From positions 1 to 49,988 of IMG/VR virus record IMGVR_UViG_3300040971_000365: a stretch of DNA of 49,988 nucleotides. One strand, 5' to 3'. Below are positions 9,583 through 18,449 of this stretch, piece by piece (positions within the stretch are counted from its first letter, which is position 1; each line of letters starts with the position of its first letter). The position numbers were made by a program, and so were the translations under genes. Source of the stretch: a virus. Lineage: Duplodnaviria > Caudoviricetes. The notes below the pieces were generated by a model. That model was not told the origin of the DNA. It saw only the letters and a list, made by a program, of their open reading frames with translations, and made no database searches.

Positions 9583-10816
9583 TATCAATGAAAGCGAGCT
9601 AGTTGATAGTGGCGCAATTCCTCCGACTGATTTTCACGAATCAATCGAACGTTTGCGTGAGATTGCTCAATATGACCTTGAATTTCCTGATGATTTTGAT
9701 AATCGCCTAGCGGAGGCCACATCTCAGTTGGTCGTTCCGGAGGACGTCCTCCGAGCGGCTGCTGCGGCAATACGCGTTGGACATATTGTGTTGCAGGGGC
9801 CACCAGGCACAGGAAAGAGTTCCCTTGTACGTGCCTTAGCTAAAGCATTCAACGCATCGACTTTCGCAGTGACTGCACATGAGGATTGGACGATCTACGA
9901 TGTCATTGGCCGACTTGAGTTGCGGCTAACCGAAGACCGCAAGGAAGAAATTACCCCGGTTAACGGCGCACTAACTGAGGCAGTGATTCGATGTGGAAAT
10001 AATGTTGTTCAGCATTTTGATGACCCCAGTCATCCGCAAGCCGAGTGGCTATTGATTGATGAATTAAATCGCGCTCATCTTGATAAAGCATTCGGCGAGC
10101 TTTTCTCTGTGCTAGGCACGGATGATCTGGTACCAATTAATCTCCCCCATCAAAAAGATGGAAACAGGGAATTGGTCATACCAAAGAGGTTTCGAATAAT
10201 TGCAACACTTAACTCATATGACAAGCAATTTGTTCAAAGTCTGAGCCAAGCTATTCGACGTCGATTTACATTTATTTCTCTTGACGTGCCACCTAAGAAG
10301 CCTTCGAACGAGACGTGGCGTTTTGATCCAGGCCACGCATCTCCCGCGATCAAAGAATTTTCGTATGTCATTCAAAGAGCTGCGCAACGCATCGCTCGTC
10401 GCGAATGTTCAATGAATCCGGAGCGAGCTGCTGCAACCACTGATCTCATATTGCAAGAGGCGAAAAACTCCCACCTTGAGCGTATTGCAGCATTGTTCGG
10501 AATTGTCGAATCTGTTAGATATGCTCCGGATGGTGGAGGAGTTCCACACCTTCCGATTGGAACAGCTCAGTTAATTGATACTGTAGAAATTTTTTTGACA
10601 AGACATCGGCAAGATGGAGAAGTCGATGCGACTGCTGATCTGAATCTCGACTGGGCAGCATCTGTCAAGTTGGCGCCGCTGTTCGAATCCGACGTTCTGG
10701 AGCCCGATCAACTCGTCAAGTTTGCGAGCGCACTACCACAGCCGTTTTCAAATCAATTTGCGCGCCAATTGCTCATTATTTCGGCATCGGGAATGCACTT
10801 TGTCCCAGAACAATGA
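9575..10816 (+). CDS. mcrB: McrB-family AAA+ GTPase lacking a fused DNA-binding domain
   Basis: Walker A GPPGTGKS, Walker B LLIDELNRA, FGEL, McrB NxxD signature (IIATLNSYD) and AIRRRF arginine finger. Confidence 0.85.
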   Translation: MSDINESELVDSGAIPPTDFHESIERLREIAQYDLEFPDDFDNRLAEATSQLVVPEDVLRAAAAAIRVGHIVLQGPPGTGKSSLVRALAKAFNASTFAVTAHEDWTIYDVIGRLELRLTEDRKEEITPVNGALTEAVIRCGNNVVQHFDDPSHPQAEWLLIDELNRAHLDKAFGELFSVLGTDDLVPINLPHQKDGNRELVIPKRFRIIATLNSYDKQFVQSLSQAIRRRFTFISLDVPPKKPSNETWRFDPGHASPAIKEFSYVIQRAAQRIARRECSMNPERAAATTDLILQEAKNSHLERIAALFGIVESVRYAPDGGGVPHLPIGTAQLIDTVEIFLTRHRQDGEVDATADLNLDWAASVKLAPLFESDVLEPDQLVKFASALPQPFSNQFARQLLIISASGMHFVPEQ

Positions 10817-12083
10817 CAATCAGCTGGGGCAGCGCTTCCTTAAGGAGGCGCTTCCTCTTATATCGACATACTTCTCTGGAGAGAGCGTAGAGCTTGCAGG
10901 AGCATCTGCGTCTATTGGCCAGGAGGCTGACGAAGAAAGTATCGAATTTGGTCAGCACATTCGATTTAGGCACGCCATTGCATGTTGTGCCGAGCTATTT
11001 CCAATAGTTCAAAGAATAGAGAGTGGCTTGTCAAGCGTAACAGATACCACTCGGACAGAGACTAGGGGAGTGATACGCGGTCGACTCGATATACCCCGAT
11101 ACGTGGCCAGGAGATCTGCGTCTTTTTCTTGGCCGAAGAGCTATCCCATCCTAGTAACTACGGAGAACGCATCGACGCCAGAAAATGAGCTGGTAGTGCG
11201 AGTTTTTAGGGTATTGCTTCAACGTCTACCCATATCTCAGTTTCCGCCGAACTCCGCCGAGACCATACTTGGGCGGAGGTATAAGAGCTGGATCCTTGGC
11301 CGAATGAAGCGTGATCCATGGAGTGTGATTTCCTGTACCTCATCCTTGCCCAGGCTGTATATGGAGGCATGTCGGCGAATTGCACGAAGACAGACAGGCA
11401 ACGAACAAGCTTATGCAGCCCTAGTAGCTTTGGTAAGGGATTGGCACTTAATTGGCGAGGAATTTTCCGGATCACCATCTTCGGAGAAGTTCGTCAACTC
11501 GCTTCTATCCTTTCCGGCTGATCAATCGTTTCTTGATCGAATCTACGAAATCTGGTGCATTCGTTCAGTCGCACAGGCATTCATCAAGCTTGGTGGGAAA
11601 TTGATAGATGGCCCATGCAAGATGACGGATAGCAGACGAAGGCCAATTTACACGTTTGATTTTTCATCAACACGCATTGAAATTTGGTTTCAATGCTCCT
11701 TGCCCAGTGATGATGCAAATTGGTTCTATGAATCCACCGGAAGCTCTCTGCGAGGCATACCGGATATAACAGTAGTTGCAGATGGGACTCATCGAATCAT
11801 AATCGATGCAAAAAACAGGATGGTAGTTGGGGCAACGCGGTCAGAGGAAACATACAAAATGCTTGGGTATTTTGAAAACTTTCGAAAAACCCTCGGTGGC
11901 GGAACAAATTGGGGCGTTCTTGCCTTTGTTTCCCAGAACGGATTCTCTAGAACCATCAAGTCGCCTGATGGGCGTTTGCTTGAATTAATCAGCGCACACC
12001 CTACAGCATTCGCGGAATGTAATTTTCACGAAGATATACAAAAAATAGTTGGCGCGTGGATGGGCAGGATTGATAGTAAATAG
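10800..12083 (+). CDS. mcrC: McrC-family PD-(D/E)xK nuclease subunit
   Basis: McrC-like IRGRLD...TPEN segment, IYEIWC, IPDITV...IIIDAKNR...YKMLGY. The start is uncertain; TTG 10800 was chosen. Confidence 0.8.
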   Translation: MSQNNDNQLGQRFLKEALPLISTYFSGESVELAGASASIGQEADEESIEFGQHIRFRHAIACCAELFPIVQRIESGLSSVTDTTRTETRGVIRGRLDIPRYVARRSASFSWPKSYPILVTTENASTPENELVVRVFRVLLQRLPISQFPPNSAETILGRRYKSWILGRMKRDPWSVISCTSSLPRLYMEACRRIARRQTGNEQAYAALVALVRDWHLIGEEFSGSPSSEKFVNSLLSFPADQSFLDRIYEIWCIRSVAQAFIKLGGKLIDGPCKMTDSRRRPIYTFDFSSTRIEIWFQCSLPSDDANWFYESTGSSLRGIPDITVVADGTHRIIIDAKNRMVVGATRSEETYKMLGYFENFRKTLGGGTNWGVLAFVSQNGFSRTIKSPDGRLLELISAHPTAFAECNFHEDIQKIVGAWMGRIDSK

Positions 12084-12106
12084 TTTGAATCGAGCAATTC
12101 GCAAAA

Positions 12107-12565
12107 TTAAATTCGTTCGGATGTTCCTAGTAGAAACGATTGCAGCATTTGCGCATCCTTGTTGCTTAGTTTTCGCAAGGATCGAATTAGTCCGACATTC
12201 ACCGCCCAGCCGTTAACGCGATGGTCGACATTCCTAAAGCGTTCTAGAGAATCCCAAAGCTCTTTCGTTTTTACCGGGACTTCTGCTTCTTCGTCGAGTA
12301 TGCGAATTGGGTCAACCTCAACTATGACGGGTAATCCGTGCTTCTTCGCATAGATGTGCTCGGGTGATTTGTATGGCTTTGATGCGACCTTCAAAACTCC
12401 ACACCAAGTCATTCTCTCTGCTAGGTAGCAAATCAAGACATCCCCAATCTCTACGTTTTTCAGGCTTGTCTCAAGAGTTAAGCGAAAGCCAAGTGCTTTG
12501 CTTGGCATTGCTTTAAATTCTCGCCAAGTTGATGGCTTAAATACTACTGAATAGCTGTTTGACAT
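12107..12565 (-). CDS. Stand-alone EVE (PUA-like) domain protein
   Basis: Pattern LKNVEIGDVLICY...CGVLKVASKPY...P.IVEV...SLRKLSNKD matches EVE domains. Confidence 0.7.
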   Translation of the reverse strand: MSNSYSVVFKPSTWREFKAMPSKALGFRLTLETSLKNVEIGDVLICYLAERMTWCGVLKVASKPYKSPEHIYAKKHGLPVIVEVDPIRILDEEAEVPVKTKELWDSLERFRNVDHRVNGWAVNVGLIRSLRKLSNKDAQMLQSFLLGTSERI

Positions 12566-12636
12566 ATCGCTCGACCAACTTGGTTATTAGGTGCAATGCG
12601 CAGACGGTTGCCGACACGCCGCAGTTAAGGATGCCA

Positions 12637-13113
12637 CTAGTTACTCAGTAATCTTTGCTCGAGCAAGTAGCTCTCGGCTATCCGACGTTTCATTAGTCCA
12701 GGCAGTAGCTTACCTCCCCCGTAGACCCACCTGCGTAGTTCTTGCCCTGCAGCAAACCAGTCAAGCTGATTCACCCGCCGACGAAGCGTTGATGTCTGCA
12801 GCCGCCCCGCGCCAAGGTTGAACGTGAAGTCGACAATGGCCGCGAGCCGCTCCTCCGGTTGTGTGGCCAGCACCGGGCAGTAGCGCAGCGTGGCAGCGAG
12901 TGCCGATTGGAGGTCGCGCGCCAGATAGACCTCTGCTTCCGTCTCCGTAATCGGTGGGTGCTTGGAATCGCAGAGATGGCCGTACCCAATCGTCCAGAAC
13001 CCTGCTGGGCAGATATAGGGAACGGCAGTGATCTCAATACCGCGCTTCACCTTGCGCTCGAATCCCTCAAAGCGCTTGGCCAGATCGATGGCCGCTTTCG
13101 GTACTTCGATCAC
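12637..13113 (-). CDS. Endolysin, GH24 phage lysozyme
   Basis: RFEG...PYICPAGFWTIGYG, DFTFNLG, RWVYGGGK.LPGL..RR. Confidence 0.93.
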   Translation of the reverse strand: MIEVPKAAIDLAKRFEGFERKVKRGIEITAVPYICPAGFWTIGYGHLCDSKHPPITETEAEVYLARDLQSALAATLRYCPVLATQPEERLAAIVDFTFNLGAGRLQTSTLRRRVNQLDWFAAGQELRRWVYGGGKLLPGLMKRRIAESYLLEQRLLSN

Positions 13114-13586
13114 GGCCGCACCCGGTCAAACACGCGCCCGAGGAACCAGAAGTTGAGCACCCCAGCCCACAGCGCCTGATCGGCCTCCGTCCAGGCATGC
13201 AGGATAGCTGTGCCCCATCCAGCGCCAGCGGTCACGGCTGCTGCAAATGCGGCCGTCTTGGCGGCGCAGTACAGGGCCATGAACCAGTAGGTGATCACGG
13301 GGCGCACGCTGCAAGACAAGGCATCGGCCCAGCTCACGCCGGTTTTCTCGCCCTGCGTGCGCACGGCTTCGCGCAAGGTTTCGATGGCACCGACGTTCCA
13401 CGCGGCATCGGCACCCGCGCCGATTTCAGACATTCGCTGTGCGCCGCGCAGTTTCTCGAACTCCAGCGCCTTGTCCTGCATCGCCAGTTCGTGGCCGCGC
13501 TCGCCTTTGCGGTCGAGCCACTTGAGGATTTCAGGTGCGAGTCGGAAGGCCCCACCGAGGAGACCACCGAGCAAGGTCTCGATCAT
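13110..13586 (-). CDS. Putative holin-like membrane protein
   Basis: Hydrophobic N-terminus, SVRPVITY, and C-terminal FWFLGR, as in 3TM holin-like proteins. Overlaps the lysozyme start. Confidence 0.6.
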   Translation of the reverse strand: MIETLLGGLLGGAFRLAPEILKWLDRKGERGHELAMQDKALEFEKLRGAQRMSEIGAGADAAWNVGAIETLREAVRTQGEKTGVSWADALSCSVRPVITYWFMALYCAAKTAAFAAAVTAGAGWGTAILHAWTEADQALWAGVLNFWFLGRVFDRVRP

Positions 13587-13888
13587 TGTGGGCCTCCCAT
13601 CAGTTTCAACTTGATGGCGGCACCGACCAGCAGCGCGGCCAGGATGCCGGTGGTGATGACCTTGACGGTGGTCTGCCAAGCCGTGCGGCGGGCATCTCGC
13701 CAGGCTTCCAGCAGGTCACGCAGTTCGCGGATGTCGCGTGCAGCGTGGCCATTTTCCAGGCCAAGGTGGGTCAGGACACGCTCGGCCCCGCGTTCAGCGG
13801 CGCGGTCGAGCAGTTCGTCGAAGTCCTCACGGCGCAAGAGCAGCATGTTCTCGACGAGCGCGGGCTGTTGTTGTTCGGGTTCGGTCAT
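13583..13888 (-). CDS. Lysis-cassette membrane protein (DUF6127-like)
   Basis: AAERGAERVL..LGL...DIRELRDLLEAWR plus a C-terminal TM helix. RBS AGGAG. Confidence 0.65.
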   Translation of the reverse strand: MTEPEQQQPALVENMLLLRREDFDELLDRAAERGAERVLTHLGLENGHAARDIRELRDLLEAWRDARRTAWQTTVKVITTGILAALLVGAAIKLKLMGGPQ

Positions 13889-13906
13889 AGCAGTCTCCTG
13901 AAATGC

Positions 13907-13943
13907 GAAACCCGCCCAGTGCATGAACATCTGGGCGGGTTTC
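13907..13943 (-). terminator. GC-rich hairpin (terminator or attenuator) upstream of the lysis cassette
   Basis: GAAACCCGCCCAG-N11-CTGGGCGGGTTTC, a perfect 13-bp stem. Confidence 0.55.
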
Positions 13944-13965
13944 CGGTGGGTACAAAGATGGATAT

Positions 13966-14316
13966 TCAGATGGCGATGCCAGCGCTCCAGCCGGTGGATT
14001 TGTAGGCCGAGAGCTTGGCCTCGTCCTCGATGAAGCAAAGCCAGCCGATCTTGGGCACGTGGTACTCCCAGGCATCGGCGATGCGCACGGCGATCTGATT
14101 GGTTTTGCCTGCCCACACGCCCGTGACAGCCGCAGGCACGATGTAGCGGTCGCCATTGATGGGGCTGGCCGGTGGTGTGGTCAGGTCGCGGTCTTTCACG
14201 GACAGACCGACCACCGCGCCGAGGCGCTTGAGGTTGGCGTCCATGCCGGTGTCCCAGCCACTTTCGCCGAGCGTCCAGCCGTAATTGAGTCCCAGGTTTG
14301 GGTCGGTTGATGACAT
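13966..14316 (-). CDS. DUF2793-domain tail-associated protein
   Basis: TTPPASPINGDRYIV..A.GVWAGK..QIA...W...P..GW is the DUF2793 pattern. Confidence 0.75.
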   Translation of the reverse strand: MSSTDPNLGLNYGWTLGESGWDTGMDANLKRLGAVVGLSVKDRDLTTPPASPINGDRYIVPAAVTGVWAGKTNQIAVRIADAWEYHVPKIGWLCFIEDEAKLSAYKSTGWSAGIAI

Positions 14317-14319
14317 GGT

Positions 14320-14928
14320 CTATCTCCAGAGATTCGATGCTTGGCCGATGGTTTGACGTATTCGCCGGACAGCATCCGGATCGCCGGTGCGGTGGCTTTG
14401 ATGCGGGTGCTGTCGCCAGTGCCGCCCAACGATGGGCAGGTACAACACGCCGCCACGCTTGGCCACGAGTAGGGTCAGCAGCCAGTCGGCGAAGTTGTTG
14501 AGGTCGGTGGTTTCTTTGAGCACGGCTTCCACGGCAGATCGACGCATCACGATCAGGCCGTGCACATGGCTGGCGCTGTTCGCGTGCTGCCAGCGGCTGT
14601 AGGCCAGACGCCGCACGGCGAGGTCCTGGCCGTTTTCGTCGGTCAGCGCCTCGTCGGTGTAGGCCATCACGGCTTGCGGGCAGGCGTCCAACGCATTGGC
14701 CAGTTGCCTGAAGGCACTGGCTTCGTACAGATCGTCGGGATCGACGAAGGACACCAGTGGCAGCGTGCCTTGCGCATAACCTGCCGCGCGTGCCTCACCA
14801 ATGCGGCCCGGAATGCCCGGCAAAACGTGCAACTGGATCGGTGCGTCCTCGAGGCTGGCGATGCAGGCCTCCCGCCATTCGGCAGGCTCGTTCAGGGTGA
14901 GCAGATGAACATCAATGCGTGCTTCCAT
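14320..14928 (-). CDS. Glycosyltransferase family 2-like protein (GT-A fold)
   Basis: IGEARAAGYAQG.LPLVSFVDPDDLY (the AR..G...F.D.DD motif), HGLIVMRRS and ADW. The start overlaps the tail-protein stop. Confidence 0.75.
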   Translation of the reverse strand: MEARIDVHLLTLNEPAEWREACIASLEDAPIQLHVLPGIPGRIGEARAAGYAQGTLPLVSFVDPDDLYEASAFRQLANALDACPQAVMAYTDEALTDENGQDLAVRRLAYSRWQHANSASHVHGLIVMRRSAVEAVLKETTDLNNFADWLLTLLVAKRGGVLYLPIVGRHWRQHPHQSHRTGDPDAVRRIRQTIGQASNLWR

Positions 14929-17198
14929 CACACACCTCCCCAATACTGTCCCCAGCGCAGGCCGTAGCCCGCGCGATCCATGACCCGCACCTGCGGCTGC
15001 CAGCTACTCAAACCATCGCGCTCGGCACTGATCTCGACCGTAATGCGGTCACCCAGCGCACCGGCATCCAGCGCGGCCACGGCTGCGGTCCAGATGTAAG
15101 TGGTGCCAAGCAACCCCGTCTCAGTACGAACCAGCACGTTGTTGCGATTGCGGATGCGCAGCGTGTAGGTCACACCCAGTTCAGGCCCGATATCGCCTTC
15201 GTCTTGCTGCACGAGGTAGGCGGTCTGCTGCGTGCGGTCGCGGTGGGCCCACGCGACGGTAAGGTCACCGGCCACCACGGCTGGCTCGGTCTGGCCATTG
15301 AGACGGATGCGACCGGGTGGATACGGCCAGGACTGCCGACCGGCCAGCATCATCGGCTGCCCGTTGGTGGCCAGCACAGGATCGCCCTGATCGGTCGACG
15401 TGCGAGGAATCGCACCCACGAACACCGATTCGCCCGGGGCGCGCTCCGCACCTTCGGATGCCAGCCATTCGCCGACACCGATCAGACGAGTCCCCGAGGG
15501 ATGTGCCTGAGGTGTGGTGTCGAGCACGCCGCGTGCGAGATCAATGGTTGCGTTTGCAGCATCGAAGGCCAGGACAGCGACGGCCTCTGCAATCGCCCCA
15601 CTGGCGGCCACCAGATAGGCGTAGTCGCCCACGGCCAGTCTTTCCGGCTGGCTGATAGCCGTCACTGGCATACCGATGGCATCGACCTCGCTGGCAGGCA
15701 AGGCTGCATCGAGCGTCAGCAGTGGTGCGTAGTCCTCGCCCACAACGGCTGTGAGGTCGCCGCCGGACGTGCCGATGGCCAGTTGCCAATTCAACTGCCC
15801 GGTGCCACCGGCTGCGGCCAACGCACCGAGATAGGTGTCTGTATCGGTCAGGTAGGCCAGATCTGCACGCGACAAGCGCCGGGCCAGCTCCCAATACGGC
15901 ACCTCGACGGCCAGCACCAAGGCGGGCGGCAAAGGTTCGATGGTCGGCTCATCGACGTGCGGTGGCGGGGGCGACAACACGGTGTTGCTCATCCCGAACA
16001 CATCTTCCATCGCTTCGATGCGCCATTCCGCCGCACCCAAGGTGCCGGTGTCGATGCCGGTGACGCGCACCACCATCTGGTCTACACCCAAGCGCGGCCA
16101 GTTCAGCAGGAACACATCGCCCGGCAGCGGCGCACGTTCCAGCGTGTCGCGTGCCACGGTCAGACTCATCCGGGCCAGCGGCGAACCCAAGGCGCGCAGG
16201 TCACGCAAGGCCAGCCGGGCAGCCAGCGGCCCGTAGTTGACGCCTGGGTAATCGCGGCGCTGATTGATCACGCCGCCTTGCAACTGGATGGCGGCAAGAT
16301 TTTCGACTGTGACCGTCGCATCACCGCCGGTTTGCCAATCGGTGTAGACCACGGTCAGTTCGTTGGGCAGCTCGCCCCACTGGGCGCGCTCGAAGCGTTC
16401 CAGCCGCACGATTTCGTCGGGGCCCAACTGCGGCAGGCTGTCGATCCAGTAGTCGTCGCGCAGCAGCTTGAGTTCAAACGTGCCTTGCTCCGGATCGGTG
16501 TAGAGGATGCCGCCAATGTGGTCGATGACCTGGCCGATGAAGCTCTCGATGGGCTGCTGGCGCGTCCAGATCAAATTGAGGCCGAAGCCCTCACTCGACA
16601 AAGCCCATGCCGCATTCCAGAAACTCCAACCGATGGTGCTCTGCGGATAGCCCATGCCCCAGTGCGGATCGGTGAGGCACTGAACCAGGATGTGCGCCGG
16701 ATTCATGCCGACGCTGATCTCCTGTCCTTCGTTCTCATCCCAGATGCGGACTTCAGAATCTCCCATCCAGGCATGGTCATGCCAACCGGCATTGAAGCGA
16801 CGCACCCGCACAGCCCAAGGCTTGATGTACGGGTTGTTGGCCGCAAACAGGATCTTGCGCGCCACCAAGGACAGCACGCCTCGGAATGCCGGAATGGCTG
16901 GCCCAAGGCGACTCATCAGATAGTCGTTGCGAGCTTGTCCTGCGTGACCCGGAAGCACATCGATGGTGCCGACCACGCCACCTTCGCGCTCGTCACCGCC
17001 AAACAGAGTGGGCTTGTTGATGGAGAGGCTGGTGAGCCCATGCCCGCTGGACAGCGGCGCGCGGTCGGCATCACCCCACGCGGTACGGTCGCCCATCTGG
17101 ATTTCCTGCACGGCATCGACGGGCCCTTGGCACAGGGCCAGATGCAGCCCCATCCGGTAGCGGTAGCCAACGGTTTGCGATTTGCTGCTGCCACCCAT
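14928..17198 (-). CDS. Phage tail tip / central tail protein
   Basis: MGGSSKSQTVGYRY...GPVDAV, LFGGDEREGG, PAFRG, NNPYIKPW, MNPAHIL. Lies after the baseplate hub gene. Confidence 0.85.
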   Translation of the reverse strand: MGGSSKSQTVGYRYRMGLHLALCQGPVDAVQEIQMGDRTAWGDADRAPLSSGHGLTSLSINKPTLFGGDEREGGVVGTIDVLPGHAGQARNDYLMSRLGPAIPAFRGVLSLVARKILFAANNPYIKPWAVRVRRFNAGWHDHAWMGDSEVRIWDENEGQEISVGMNPAHILVQCLTDPHWGMGYPQSTIGWSFWNAAWALSSEGFGLNLIWTRQQPIESFIGQVIDHIGGILYTDPEQGTFELKLLRDDYWIDSLPQLGPDEIVRLERFERAQWGELPNELTVVYTDWQTGGDATVTVENLAAIQLQGGVINQRRDYPGVNYGPLAARLALRDLRALGSPLARMSLTVARDTLERAPLPGDVFLLNWPRLGVDQMVVRVTGIDTGTLGAAEWRIEAMEDVFGMSNTVLSPPPPHVDEPTIEPLPPALVLAVEVPYWELARRLSRADLAYLTDTDTYLGALAAAGGTGQLNWQLAIGTSGGDLTAVVGEDYAPLLTLDAALPASEVDAIGMPVTAISQPERLAVGDYAYLVAASGAIAEAVAVLAFDAANATIDLARGVLDTTPQAHPSGTRLIGVGEWLASEGAERAPGESVFVGAIPRTSTDQGDPVLATNGQPMMLAGRQSWPYPPGRIRLNGQTEPAVVAGDLTVAWAHRDRTQQTAYLVQQDEGDIGPELGVTYTLRIRNRNNVLVRTETGLLGTTYIWTAAVAALDAGALGDRITVEISAERDGLSSWQPQVRVMDRAGYGLRWGQYWGGV

Positions 17199-17413
17199 CA
17201 GCCGTGCTCCCGCTGGCTGGACTGATTGCGGGCGTGCTCGACCACCCGCTGCGCCATTGCATCGCCGGTGGCCAGCAGGGTGTCGGCGTCACAGCCATCC
17301 CGCAGAAAGGCGCGGAAGTCCAGATCGTGACGCGCAAACCATGTGCGCGTGCCGTTCACGCACAGGCCTACGGCGCGCACGTGATCGATGGTGATGACGG
17401 TCTGCGTGGTCAT
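17198..17413 (-). CDS. Small tail-tip-associated protein
   Basis: LCVNGTRTWFARHDLDFRAFLRDG...LLATGDAMA is a conserved small siphophage tail gene. Coupled to both neighbours. Confidence 0.7.
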   Translation of the reverse strand: MTTQTVITIDHVRAVGLCVNGTRTWFARHDLDFRAFLRDGCDADTLLATGDAMAQRVVEHARNQSSQREHG

Positions 17414-17637
17414 TTCTTGCCACCTTTCTTCTTGATCGGATCGGCTTCCAGATCGCCGTACCAGACGACGTTGGAGCCGCGCAGCAGCACGGTGCCGAAC
17501 ACGACGGGAATCGGTCGGCCTTCTTCTGCGGTTGGGACATCGACGTCGGACAGGGACGCCGGTTTGGGTTCGGGCGGTTTCGGGGCGAGCGCGACCGAAA
17601 CCAGCGCCGCCACCACGATGACGACGAGGTACCACAT
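17410..17637 (-). CDS. Small tail assembly protein
   Basis: Hydrophobic N-terminus, then PTAEEGRPIPVVFGT...SNVVWYGD. Confidence 0.75.
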   Translation of the reverse strand: MWYLVVIVVAALVSVALAPKPPEPKPASLSDVDVPTAEEGRPIPVVFGTVLLRGSNVVWYGDLEADPIKKKGGKK

Positions 17638-17655
17638 GGCGATTTCTCCAGGGAT

Positions 17656-18444
17656 TCAGAACACGCCGGTCGAAAACGGGTTCTTGCTTGGGATGGCGGG
17701 AAAGCCGCCGTAGTTGTCGAGGTTGCCGAAGCGCGACTCGCACGTGGCCGTGCTGTGGTCGCAGCCGACCGTCAGCAGCACCTCGGTGCCGACCCCAATG
17801 GCCACCGGATAGAGCAACTCGACGCCACCACCGTAGTCATTGACGATCATGTGGCGGGCTCCTTCCGGGGTTTGCAACCAACCACCGGCCAAGCCACCGT
17901 TGACGCTACCGGGCGTGCCGCCATCGAGATCGACGTTGCGGCCATAGCTGTTGCTCACGAAGGCGCTGGCAGCAATCGGTGAAGCACCGCAGGCTGCCGA
18001 ATACAGAACGTGGGAACACTTGCGGCTGTAGAGCCGCCGCAACCCGATACGCTTGAGGCTGACCTGCGCCGACTCGCAGCGAACGCGAGCGACATCGTCA
18101 GCGACTTCGACGCCCAGCACCCGGCCCATCCAGCGCGTACCTGAGATCCACCAGTAGTCGCCCCACGTGTCTCGTCGTCCGATACGCAGGGTGATCGAGG
18201 TGGTGTCGCCGGTCAGCGAGTTGGCGAGCAGATGGCGCACGAGATCGCAGCTCGGCGGCAGTTTCAGATCCAGCCCAGCCTTCGCAGCTTCAGCTCCCAG
18301 CGTCAGTTCGTTGCGTTCGATGGGCAGGCTTGCGTACAGATTGCCGTCCAGATCGACGTCGAATTCGTGCGGCGTCAGGTAGAACTGCGCGCTTTTGCTG
18401 GCGAAGGCGTATAGCTCGACTTCCAGTAATGGGTTCTGGCTCAT
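17656..18444 (-). CDS. BR0599-family tail/baseplate hub protein
   Basis: C.H.LY...C and C-terminal GCDHS..TC..RFGNLDNYGGFP.IP..NPF. Confidence 0.85.
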   Translation of the reverse strand: MSQNPLLEVELYAFASKSAQFYLTPHEFDVDLDGNLYASLPIERNELTLGAEAAKAGLDLKLPPSCDLVRHLLANSLTGDTTSITLRIGRRDTWGDYWWISGTRWMGRVLGVEVADDVARVRCESAQVSLKRIGLRRLYSRKCSHVLYSAACGASPIAASAFVSNSYGRNVDLDGGTPGSVNGGLAGGWLQTPEGARHMIVNDYGGGVELLYPVAIGVGTEVLLTVGCDHSTATCESRFGNLDNYGGFPAIPSKNPFSTGVF

Positions 18445-18449
18445 CGTGC

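Noticed and set aside
9575-12083. Simple MoxR/vWA pair or canonical E. coli-type McrBC
   Set aside because: The NxxD motif and the PD-DxK partner indicate the McrBC family rather than MoxR. The missing DNA-binding domain and the coupled methylases argue against a plain type IV system.
14919-17225. 768-aa plus-strand ORF
   Set aside because: Mirrors the tail tip gene almost exactly, a codon-bias shadow with no RBS or domain.
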